NCBI GenBank assembly: GCA_963756555.1
Contig: CAVWOC010000013.1
Span: 59,194 to 123,193 of the forward strand
Direction of reading: 5' to 3'
Length of the DNA: 64,000 nt
Source: an uncultured Actinomycetes bacterium
GTDB taxonomy: Bacteria; Actinomycetota; Thermoleophilia; Solirubrobacterales; Solirubrobacteraceae
Below, piece after piece: positions 56,096 through 64,000 of this stretch (the stretch's first letter is position 1; every line of letters begins with the position of its first letter). The notes under the pieces were generated by a model. It was not told the DNA's origin. It saw nothing but the letters and a program-made list of their open reading frames with translations, and ran no database searches. Made by a program: the position numbers and the translations under genes.

Positions 56096-57080
56096 GCCAC
56101 TCGCGCCGGCTCGTGTGGCTCGGCGACGGCACGCCCGTCTCCAGCTCGCGGCGGACCTCGGCCAGCGTCCCGAACCTCTCCGCCACCACGTTGTGCTGGT
56201 GGATGGTCTCCAGGTTGACCTGGCGCGCGGAGACGAACGCTCTGCCGTCCAAGCGCGGAAAGGCCTCGACCACACCACGCACCATCTCGCGCACGCAGTC
56301 CTCCACGAACCGCGGCTTGCGGTGTGCCTTTTCCACTACCGCCGCCTCGTCTGAGCGCTTCATCAGCTCGTAGATCTCGGAGGACATCGCCTGCTCCACG
56401 ATCGACAGCAGCGTGGCGGCCTCGATCTCGTCATCGCACATCTCGGTGCATCCCACATGCAGCGTCCCCAGCCCTCGCTGATTGTGAGTGGCGACCGGAA
56501 CAGCCTCCAGGATGCGCCCGATCTCATCGTCGTCGAATCCCTCGTCTTCCAGGCGCTCACGCGCGGCTGAGGCCACCAGCTGCTGTGCGCAGGGGCACGC
56601 GGTCATGCCTTGGGCGGTGACACCGATCAGCCGTCGCGTCCCGAGCTCGGAGGACACCGCCGAGCCATGCAGCGTGTAAAGCTCCTGGGTCTGGATTCCC
56701 GACACCGGAGCGGGCTTGTGCTCGGGGAATCGCGCTTGCACCGTTACCTCCGCCCGGCGCGCGCCCTGACGCGTGCGCACCAATCCGGCGATGTGCTCGG
56801 CGAGCGTCTCGACCTTGAAGGTCGTCTCGTTGAGCACCACCTCGCCGATCGCCTCGTTGATCACCTCCTCGAAGCGCGACATGTGGGCGCCCTTCTGGCT
56901 CGGCCCCAAGTCCACCACGCACTCGAAGCTTGCGGAGAACAGCTGCTCGGCGCCGTCGTGGCGCAGGCGGATCACCTTCTCCACGCCGGTCACGCCGACG
57001 CGGGAGAGACTCAGCCCAACCGCTGGCTGTTGGGCCTGGACGTCGAGTAGCTGCAGCGTCCGTGAGCGGTCAGGAGCCAT
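56079..57080 (-). CDS. folE2: GTP cyclohydrolase of the FolE2/MptA family (type IB fold)
   Basis: LSRVGVTGV, KGAHMSRF, GMTACPCAQ, ATHNQRG, MKR.DE..VVE.AH..PRFVED.VR, ETIHQHN. Confidence 0.88.
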   Translation of the reverse strand: MAPDRSRTLQLLDVQAQQPAVGLSLSRVGVTGVEKVIRLRHDGAEQLFSASFECVVDLGPSQKGAHMSRFEEVINEAIGEVVLNETTFKVETLAEHIAGLVRTRQGARRAEVTVQARFPEHKPAPVSGIQTQELYTLHGSAVSSELGTRRLIGVTAQGMTACPCAQQLVASAARERLEDEGFDDDEIGRILEAVPVATHNQRGLGTLHVGCTEMCDDEIEAATLLSIVEQAMSSEIYELMKRSDEAAVVEKAHRKPRFVEDCVREMVRGVVEAFPRLDGRAFVSARQVNLETIHQHNVVAERFGTLAEVRRELETGVPSPSHTSRREWLDAGA

Positions 57081-57269
57081 TGCTGCAAAGGGTAGAGGGC
57101 CGCGTGCCAGCCGCCGTCAAAACCTCGCAACTTTCCGTACATGGACAAATGCCCGGATTGTGGTATCACTCCGCCGTCGCGGACGGAGAGGAGTCGCTGT
57201 AGATGAGAGGACTGCAGGGACGGTGTTGAGCCGTCGCCGAAGGGGCAACATTAAGGGGGCACGAGGGCT

Positions 57270-58418
57270 GTGAGTGGCAAGGAGATCGCCTCGGTTCTGA
57301 GCGACGAGGCTCCGGTCTCGGAGCTCGACGAGTTGCGGCCGCTGATCGCCGAGGGGCACGAGCGCGGATATCTCACGTTCCAGCAGATAGCCACCTGCCT
57401 CGAGGAGGCGGACGTGACGAAGGAGCAAGTCCAGGAGCTGCACTCATACCTGGACGAGCAAGGGATCGACGTCGTAGAGCCCGACGGGCAGCCGGCGCGC
57501 TCCGAGGCCTCAAGCGTTGAGGCGCGCGCCGCCCAGGCAAACGAGCCACAGCCTGATCAGCGCAAGCCCGTAGAGGTCGACCTGACTGTCGAGCCCAGCC
57601 TCGACTCGCTGCGCCTCTACCTTCGTGCGATCGGCCGCGTGAGCCTGCTCACCGCGGAGCAGGAGGTGCTGCTGGCTCGCCGCATCGAGCGCGGCGACAT
57701 GGCCGCCAAAAAGCAAATGATCGAGGCCAACCTGCGACTCGTCGTCTCGATCGCCAAGTCCTATCTGGGGCGCGGTCTGACGTTCCTCGACCTCATCCAG
57801 GAGGGGTCGATGGGCCTGATCCGCGCGGTCGAGAAGTTCGACTACCGACGGGGCTACAAGTTCTCAACCTACGCCACCTGGTGGATCCGCCAGGCCGTGA
57901 CCCGGGCGATCGCCGACAAGGGCAGGACGATCCGCATCCCGGTCCACATGGTCGAGAAGCTCAACAAGGTGGTCCACGTAGAGCGCCAGCTGGTCCAGCA
58001 GCTGGGTCGCGAGCCGAGTCCCGAGGAGATCGCCGACGAGCTCGAGACCACCGTCCGCGAGGTGCGCGACGTCTTGCGCATGGCCCAGCAGCCCGTGTCT
58101 CTGGAGAAGCCGATCGGCGAGGAGGAGGACTCGGAGCTCGGCGATTTCGTCGAGGACCAGACGGCCGAGTCTCCGTTCGAGCTGGCCGCTGACCACCTGC
58201 GCCGCGAGAACCTCCGGCGGGCGCTGGCGGCGCTGCCCGAGCGCGAGCGCGAGGTGATCGAGATGCGCTTCGGCCTGGTCGGCGAGCGTGCCTACACGCT
58301 GGAAGAAGTGGGCCGGGCGTTCAACGTCACCCGCGAGCGCATCCGCCAGATCGAGAACCACACGCTGAAGAAGCTCGAGGCGCTGCCCGAGGCTCAGAGG
58401 CTGCGGGACGCGTCGTAG
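57270..58418 (+). CDS. RpoD/sigma70-family sigma factor with region 1.1
   Basis: LI..G.ERGYLT (1.1), DSLRLYL..IG...LLT (1.2), [24 protein letters not shown] (2.4), [17 protein letters not shown] (4.2). Confidence 0.93.
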   Translation: MSGKEIASVLSDEAPVSELDELRPLIAEGHERGYLTFQQIATCLEEADVTKEQVQELHSYLDEQGIDVVEPDGQPARSEASSVEARAAQANEPQPDQRKPVEVDLTVEPSLDSLRLYLRAIGRVSLLTAEQEVLLARRIERGDMAAKKQMIEANLRLVVSIAKSYLGRGLTFLDLIQEGSMGLIRAVEKFDYRRGYKFSTYATWWIRQAVTRAIADKGRTIRIPVHMVEKLNKVVHVERQLVQQLGREPSPEEIADELETTVREVRDVLRMAQQPVSLEKPIGEEEDSELGDFVEDQTAESPFELAADHLRRENLRRALAALPEREREVIEMRFGLVGERAYTLEEVGRAFNVTRERIRQIENHTLKKLEALPEAQRLRDAS

Positions 58419-58493
58419 AGGGCCGTCTCGGGGCTCTCCGGCCCGGCGGGGGCCCGAGGAGCAAGCGAACGCAGCCCCGTCACGCGCCGAGCA

Positions 58494-58620
58494 CCGACCA
58501 GCGTGCGCCGACCCCCGGTTTCCGGAGCCGGGGCGCAAAACGGCCGCTGCGGCCCAGCCGACCAGCGTGCGCCGACCCCCGGATTCCGGAGCCGGGCGCA
58601 AAACGGCCGCTGCGGCCCAC
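58494..58620. repeat. Two adjacent 63-64-bp direct repeats (REP-like)
   Basis: CCGACCAGCGTGCGCCGACCCCCGG(T/A)TTCCGGAGCCGGG(G)CGCAAAACGGCCGCTGCGGCCCA at 58494 and 58558. Confidence 0.85.
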
Positions 58621-58669
58621 GCGTCCAACAAACGCACAAAATCCGCCGCCCGCCAAACGCTTTTGCGAG

Positions 58670-58692
58670 ATAAGCGTCTCCACGACGCTTAT
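58670..58692. repeat. AT-rich perfect inverted repeat
   Basis: ATAAGCGTC-TCCAC-GACGCTTAT. Confidence 0.7.
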
Positions 58693-58790
58693 GTGCGCAT
58701 TCCGCCGCACGGCCGGTCGATTTGCTGCGTTTTACACCCGCCGCGGGGGGCGGCCGAGCGATCGCTCGCCGCTAGACTCGGCCACCCCCC

Positions 58791-58872
58791 GGCGGGGTTC
58801 CCGAGCGGTCAAAGGGGACGGACTGTAAATCCGTTGGCTCAGCCTTCGCAGGTTCGAATCCTGCCCCCGCCA
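58791..58872 (+). tRNA. tRNA-Tyr (GTA)
   Basis: Acceptor GGCGGGG/CCCCGCC, anticodon arm ACGGA-CTGTAAA-TCCGT, long variable arm, GGTTCGAATCC; CCA not encoded. Confidence 0.95.
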
Positions 58873-58879
58873 TTTCGCC

Positions 58880-59980
58880 GTGCCTGTAGCCCGTAAGCCG
58901 CGACATCTCCGCCCGGCGCTCGCTGGGTTGGCGGCTGCCATGGTCGTCCTTGCTTGCCTCCAAGCGGCTCCCGGCGCGCTCGCCGGAGTCGCCAACGCCG
59001 GGCTTCCCGGCGCCTCGACGACGAACCCGCTGGCGGGGGTTCCGTGGGGCGCCTACACGGGTCCGATCGACGGCGTCTATCCCGCCTACAAGTCGGCGAG
59101 GGGCGTGAACCAGACGCTGCTGGCGCGGATCGCGCTGCGTCCTCGCGCCACGTGGTTCGGACCTTGGATTCCCGATGAGAGCGCCGAGGCGACTGCACAG
59201 CAGTACATCGCGAACGTCACGGGCGGGAACCCGAACGTCCTGACCCAAATCGCGATCTTCAGGCTCGATCCCTGGGAGCGGTCAGCCTGCTTTCACAACC
59301 CGACGGTCGCCCAGCAGCAGAGCTACGAGAACTGGATCGACTCTTTCGCCGCCGGTATCGGGAGCTCACGCGTGGCGTTGATCCTGCAGCCAGATCTCCC
59401 GTTCGCGTTGTGTGCTCCGCGCAACGGCCGCCTAGACCTATCGCTTGTCAACTGGGCCGCGCGGCAGTTCGCTGCCTTGCCATACACGACGGTCTATATC
59501 GACGTCGGCGCGGCCGATTGGCCGACCGTCAAGCAGGCGGTGTCGCTGCTGCGCGCCGCGGGCGTCGCCTACGCGCGCGGCTTTGCTCTCAACGCCACCC
59601 ACTACGACTCAAATCCCTCCGAGCTGGACTTTGGAGCCCGGGTCGTGGCGGGACTAGCCAGGGCGGGCATCAGCGGCACGCACTTCGTCATCAACACGGC
59701 CGAGAACGGCATCCCGGCAAAGTTCTGGCAATACCACGGCGATCGCGACAACCCGCACGTATGCGGGAGCGCACCGGACTCGCCTTGTATGGCCTTAGGG
59801 ATACCCCCGACCGTCAACGTGACGAACCGCCGCTGGGGGCTGTCCAGGCGGGACCGGCGTATCGCCGCTCGGTTGCTCGACGCGTTTCTGTGGGTCGGCC
59901 GGCCGTGGCTTCACGACCAGGCGGCCCCCTTCAAGCTCCAGCAGACGCTCGAGCTCGCACGCTGGTGGCCCTACCGCTGA
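58880..59980 (+). CDS. Secreted, divergent glycoside hydrolase family 6 protein
   Basis: Signal peptide; IA..P.A.WFG, LILQPD, VYID.G, GFALN..HY, FVINT..NG, DAFLW. Confidence 0.75.
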   Translation: MPVARKPRHLRPALAGLAAAMVVLACLQAAPGALAGVANAGLPGASTTNPLAGVPWGAYTGPIDGVYPAYKSARGVNQTLLARIALRPRATWFGPWIPDESAEATAQQYIANVTGGNPNVLTQIAIFRLDPWERSACFHNPTVAQQQSYENWIDSFAAGIGSSRVALILQPDLPFALCAPRNGRLDLSLVNWAARQFAALPYTTVYIDVGAADWPTVKQAVSLLRAAGVAYARGFALNATHYDSNPSELDFGARVVAGLARAGISGTHFVINTAENGIPAKFWQYHGDRDNPHVCGSAPDSPCMALGIPPTVNVTNRRWGLSRRDRRIAARLLDAFLWVGRPWLHDQAAPFKLQQTLELARWWPYR

Positions 59981-60008
59981 GGCGGCTTGTCGCGCCCGGT
60001 GCCGCCTC
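59979..60008 (+). terminator. Hairpin after the GH6 gene
   Basis: GAGGCGGC-N14-GCCGCCTC. Confidence 0.4.
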
Positions 60009-60023
60009 GTGACGTCTCTTACG
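60008..60023. promoter_or_regulatory. CRP/FNR-like site upstream of the adenylate cyclase
   Basis: CGTGA-CGTCTC-TTACG, compared with the TGTGA-N6-TCACA consensus. Confidence 0.35.
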
Positions 60024-60108
60024 AACGCGGTTTAGTTCCAACGTCGCCCGCTACGAGCGCCCGACGGGCACGGTTTCCGGGATGCCAACTCCTATGCTCG
60101 TAGGGCCC

Positions 60109-60927
60109 ATGGAGGACAAAGACCAAGAGCTGCGGGAGATTGTCGGCGGCGATCAGGAGTCGGAATCGCGCCTGCGCCGGATCCTCACCGGCGTCGATAC
60201 CCAGCCCTCTCTGCTCGGTGCCGCGCGCCGCTTACGCAGGCGGTTGCCGGGAGACGAGCGCTTCGGCGACCCGCTCTCGACAGGGGGCGCCACGCCCGTT
60301 GCCGTGGTCGCAAGAGGAGTGTCGACCCTCGCGCCGGAGCGAGACAGCGTGGCGCAAGAGCTGGGGTTCGCCGGGCTGCAGGTGTGGCAGTCGCTGTCTG
60401 AAGCCGTCGGCAGAGGGCAAGGGACTGAACCGCTGGCGCTGCTGTTCACCGATCTTGTGGGCTTCTCCTCCTGGGCGCTTCGAGCCGGGGACGTCGCGGC
60501 GCTTGAGCTGTTGCGCTTGGTTGGCACCGCCGTTGAGGGCCCGATTCATCGCCACGATGGCCGCATCACGAAGCGCCTGGGGGATGGCGTGATGGCCACG
60601 TTCCGCGAGGCGCCGGCGGCCGTCGAGGCGGCCCTCGAGGCTCAAGCGGGAGTGGCCGAGGTTCATCTCGACGGCTATCGACCCGATATGCGGGCCGGGG
60701 TGCATTGGGGGCGGCCCCGGAAGTTCGGCGCCGACTATCTCGGCATCGATGTCAACATCGCCGCCCGGGTGGGCGACTTCGCCAAGGCTGGCGAGGTCGT
60801 CGTATCCGGTCCGGTGCTGGAGCAGCTTGAGGTCGATGGTTTCGAGATCGGCCGCTCCAAGAGGTTGCGCGCCGACGGCGCGCCTCGGGGACTGCGTGTG
60901 GCGCGCGTCTGCAAGCGCGGCCATTGA
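60109..60927 (+). CDS. Class III adenylate/guanylate cyclase
   Basis: LFTDLVGFS, KRLGDGVM, RAGVH.G, DYLG.DVNIAARV. ATG at 60109 lies 10 nt after TATGCT. Confidence 0.88.
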   Translation: MEDKDQELREIVGGDQESESRLRRILTGVDTQPSLLGAARRLRRRLPGDERFGDPLSTGGATPVAVVARGVSTLAPERDSVAQELGFAGLQVWQSLSEAVGRGQGTEPLALLFTDLVGFSSWALRAGDVAALELLRLVGTAVEGPIHRHDGRITKRLGDGVMATFREAPAAVEAALEAQAGVAEVHLDGYRPDMRAGVHWGRPRKFGADYLGIDVNIAARVGDFAKAGEVVVSGPVLEQLEVDGFEIGRSKRLRADGAPRGLRVARVCKRGH

Positions 60928-60987
60928 CTCGCGCCCCGGGCTGCAACACAATCGGCGTAGGTACCACAGCAACCGAAGGGGGGCCCT

Positions 60988-61590
60988 ATGGCCTGGAACC
61001 TCGAGGGATCCTATTTCGAGACGTGCTCGTGCGACGTGGTCTGTCCGTGTACGGCATCGCTCTCGTTCGGCGCGACGAACGACTACTGCCGGGTGGTCCT
61101 CGTCTTCAACGTCAAGAGCGGTGAGGTCGAGGGGACCGACGTCAGCGGGCTCACCGTGGCGGCGGTCGCCGACACGCCGAAGGTGATGACCGACGGCAAC
61201 TGGCGCCTCGGAGTGTTCATCGACGCCGCGGCGTCAGACGAGCAGGCGGAAAAGCTTGGTGCCGTGTTCTCGGGCGCGTTAGGCGGGCCGATGGAGGCTC
61301 TCGGACCGCTTGTGGGCGAGACCCTGGGCGTGGAACGTGCCCCGATCGAGGTACACGAGGACGGCATCAGCCACTCGGTCAGGATCGGAGACGCGGTGGA
61401 CTTCGAGGTCGAGGACGTCGTGCCGTTTGGGGTCGAGACCGGGCAGCCGGCCAGGCTTACTGGGATCTTTCACCCGGCGGGGTCCGAGCTGAACGTCGCC
61501 CACGCAACGCGGTCGAAGATCGACGCATTCGGCATCCGGTATGACGCCAAGGCGGCGTTCTCCACCTCCGAATTCTCCTGGGCAGCGTGA
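60988..61590 (+). CDS. DUF1326 family protein
   Basis: W.LEGSYFETCSCDVVCPC, G....VD.SGL, ID..AS.EQ..L..VFSG..GGP. Confidence 0.88.
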   Translation: MAWNLEGSYFETCSCDVVCPCTASLSFGATNDYCRVVLVFNVKSGEVEGTDVSGLTVAAVADTPKVMTDGNWRLGVFIDAAASDEQAEKLGAVFSGALGGPMEALGPLVGETLGVERAPIEVHEDGISHSVRIGDAVDFEVEDVVPFGVETGQPARLTGIFHPAGSELNVAHATRSKIDAFGIRYDAKAAFSTSEFSWAA

Positions 61591-62447
61591 GCGCCGTAAC
61601 CTCATCGTCCCTGGTCGAAGCGCGCTCTGAGCGCCGCGAGCTTCGCAGCGCGTTCGCCGCGGTGCGGGCGCGGCTAGCGCTGACGGCGCTGCTGCTGGCG
61701 CTGACCGCCGTCGCCTGGTGGGCAACCGCCGACCGCATGTCCGGGATGGACGCTGGACCGGGCACCCAGCTCGGTGCGCTCGGCTGGTTCCTCGGCGTTT
61801 GGGTGGTGATGATGGCCGCGATGATGTTTCCCGCGCTGACGCCCACGGTGGCGCTCTACGCACGCATGACTAAACGCCGCGGGTCGCTGTACCCGCTGCT
61901 GTTCACCGCGGCCTACCTGGTCGTGTGGGGAGCGGCCGGGATGGCCGCCTACGGACTGTTCGAGGCGGGCCGCAGCCTCATCGGCTCCGACCTTGCCTGG
62001 CACTCTGGCGGACGCTGGTTCGCTGCGGGTGTGCTGGTGGCTGCGGCGGTGTACGAGCTGACGCCGTTGAAGAACGCCTGCCTAACGAAGTGCCGCAGCC
62101 CGTTGGGATTCCTGCTCGGCGGGTGGCGAGACGGCTGGACCGGCGCCGTAGAGATGGGCGCGCGCCACGCCGCATGGTGCCTAGGCTGCTGCTGGGCGCT
62201 GATGGCAGCGCTGTTCGCGCTCGGCGTGATGAGCGTGACCTGGATGGCGGTCGTCGCTGCACTAATCGTGCTCGAGAAGACGTTTCCGTCAAGGCCCGCT
62301 GTGATTGCGGGCGTGACGGCCATCTTGCTGGCGCTCGCGGTGGGCGTGGCCGCAGCGCCACAGAACGTTCCTGGCCTCGTCGTCCCAGCCGGCCACGCTG
62401 GCGCCATGCACAGCATGAGCACCATGCACGGCACCGCGATGCACTAA
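61587..62447 (+). CDS. DUF2182 family metal-binding membrane protein
   Basis: W.VMMAAMMFP, YELTPLK..CL..CR.P, G...CLGCCW.LM..LF..GVM...WM, LEK; His/Met-rich tail. Confidence 0.88.
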   Translation: MSAVTSSSLVEARSERRELRSAFAAVRARLALTALLLALTAVAWWATADRMSGMDAGPGTQLGALGWFLGVWVVMMAAMMFPALTPTVALYARMTKRRGSLYPLLFTAAYLVVWGAAGMAAYGLFEAGRSLIGSDLAWHSGGRWFAAGVLVAAAVYELTPLKNACLTKCRSPLGFLLGGWRDGWTGAVEMGARHAAWCLGCCWALMAALFALGVMSVTWMAVVAALIVLEKTFPSRPAVIAGVTAILLALAVGVAAAPQNVPGLVVPAGHAGAMHSMSTMHGTAMH

Positions 62448-62459
62448 AGCACGGGTGTA

Positions 62460-62479
62460 AGCGGCTCTCGCGAGCCGCT
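62460..62479 (+). terminator. Hairpin after the DUF2182 gene
   Basis: AGCGGCTC-TCGC-GAGCCGCT. Confidence 0.4.
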
Positions 62480-62493
62480 ACGCTGGCCACTCC

Positions 62494-62566
<73 letters not shown>

Positions 62567-63346
62567 TGGGGGGCGCCTTTGCTGGCGGGGTTTTCGGGGG
62601 CGGGGTTCCGCCATGGATGTGCGTGAGGTGGCGGTATGGAAACTTTTTGGAAACCCTCGTCAGCTACCCGACCGCTCTTTTCGCTGGTTGATGGCTTGGG
62701 CTGTGTGAGGGCGTTGGCGGGGTCGTTTGCGTGAAGGCGTTGTTGTTCGTGCGATTGCTCTTGAGCCTGTAGATCATCCACTCGGGAGTACCCCGCCGGA
62801 GGCGGGCTTGGAAGCACGAGAGCGTCGAGCGGGCCACCGCAGCCGTCACCCTGGCAAACCGGCAGGACGAGGCCCTCAGCAGCGCATGTGGTATCCCGAC
62901 TCCGCAGGGGGCGGTGCTAATCATCTCCGCCTATCGTCGGCCGATCGCGAACGAGCGGTCCATCGCCGAGGCCGTCGCCGGGCTCAGACGAGGCTCTACG
63001 ACGAAAGCAGTGGTGCGGCCGCGCGATCGGTGGCGCCTGCCATCACGCGATTGCGATCGTCGGCCGCAACGTGTGTTGAGCTCAGCGGGGTATCGCTTCG
63101 TCGCACAGTGAGGGGCTGATGCTGGATCGGTGCTGGATCGGTGCTGTCCGGCCGGTCAAGAAAGCGGTCGCTCCGATATCCGCGGGACGGCTGCTCGGAC
63201 TGTCGTGTCGCCTGTCCGGTCTAGCGTGGAGCCGTGCCGGGGCATGGTGCTGAACTCGGTCACGTTCTACATCGGCCGCGGCTTCTGCGAGTGTCCACTG
63301 CGCCTCGTGAAGGAGCTGGTCTAAAGCCACGCCGGCGCCGGGCCTG
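62567..63346. mobile_element. Possible degenerate integrative-element boundary downstream of tRNA-Thr
   Basis: About 780 bp without a convincing gene, G/T-skewed, containing GGAAACTTTTTGGAAAC and broken reading frames. Confidence 0.3.
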
Positions 63347-64000
63347 CTACGGGTGTCCGATCTCTAACCCCTTCTGGCGCAGGTGCTGCTCGGCCGCCAA
63401 CATGCCTTGCTGGAGGTCGGTGAACAGCCGGTCCTCGGCGTTGAACGGCACCGTTCCGGTGGCCACGCTTCGGGCGCGATCGGCGTGCCTGGTGGCAAGC
63501 CATTGGACGAGCTGGTCGCGAGTCGCTGCCGGTCGCGGAGCAGACGCGTTGAGGAGCTGGCCGAGATGGTTGGCCTGCGCGACACGTTTTCCCATGTAGT
63601 GCGGGTGGCCTTCCTCGAGCCAGTGGATGATCTCGTCGAGGCCTTCCTGCTCCTCGAGCTCGGCGGGGCAGAAGCGGGTGAGGATCGTGTTGATGATTGA
63701 GGTGTGGTCAAACAGCGTGTGTGAGACACTTTTTTCTTCCACCCACGGCGAGACGGCTAGCGCCGGCACGCGGATCCCGTAGCGACCAAAGGTCGTCGGA
63801 TCGTCGTCGGGTGCATCCGGTGGGGGAACGTGGTCGAAGAATCCGCCGTGCTCGTCGTAGACGACGAGCAGCAGCGTGTGCTCCCACGCGGTTCCGGAGG
63901 CCAGGGCGTTGTAGACGAGGAATACGAGCTCTTGCCCGTCTTGGACGTCGGAGGGCGGGTGGTCGTCATTTGTCTGCGTGTGCGCGAGGTTGACATCCTT
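63347..64000 (-). CDS. Phosphoesterase / phospholipase C family protein, C-terminal part; gene begins beyond the window
   Basis: NDDHPP.DV..GQ, W..TLL...YDEHGGFFDHV.PP, G.RVPA..VSPW, FDHTSI. Confidence 0.88.
   Translation of the reverse strand, partial: KDVNLAHTQTNDDHPPSDVQDGQELVFLVYNALASGTAWEHTLLLVVYDEHGGFFDHVPPPDAPDDDPTTFGRYGIRVPALAVSPWVEEKSVSHTLFDHTSIINTILTRFCPAELEEQEGLDEIIHWLEEGHPHYMGKRVAQANHLGQLLNASAPRPAATRDQLVQWLATRHADRARSVATGTVPFNAEDRLFTDLQQGMLAAEQHLRQKGLEIGHP

Noticed and set aside
58494-58620. CRISPR array
   Set aside because: Only two units, directly adjacent, with no unique spacers and no cas genes.

Overview
High-GC actinobacterial chromosome segment. Gene content and protein style suggest Solirubrobacterales/Thermoleophilia (inference, no search run). 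About 60 genes. Core content: a ribokinase/nucleoside hydrolase pair; RidA with threonine dehydratase; a SUF Fe-S system split into three pieces (Rrf2-sufC-sufS; sufU; Rieske-sufB-sufD); an iolE-C-G-D-B-A inositol catabolic operon with no recognisable aldolase; clpP, pgsA, rnd and pepF; an MptA/FolE2-type GTP cyclohydrolase; an RpoD-like sigma factor; tRNA-Tyr(GTA) and tRNA-Thr(GGT). Secreted enzymes include an S53 peptidase, a CalB-like lipase, a GH76 and a divergent GH6. No CRISPR array, rRNA, intact transposase or intact integrase was recognised. Best leads: (1) a GH76-GT87 glycan operon divergent from a small RemA/DUF370-like gene; (2) a 27-bp palindrome shared by the two distant SUF promoters; (3) a two-hairpin structured-RNA candidate at about 11.8 kb; (4) a coupled AMP-ligase/gamma-glutamylcyclotransferase-like/gamma-glutamyl hydrolase operon; (5) three tandem CATG-centred palindromes between iolA and clpP; (6) a FAH-family gene that may fill the missing iol cleavage step. 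All family calls come from motif recognition by eye.
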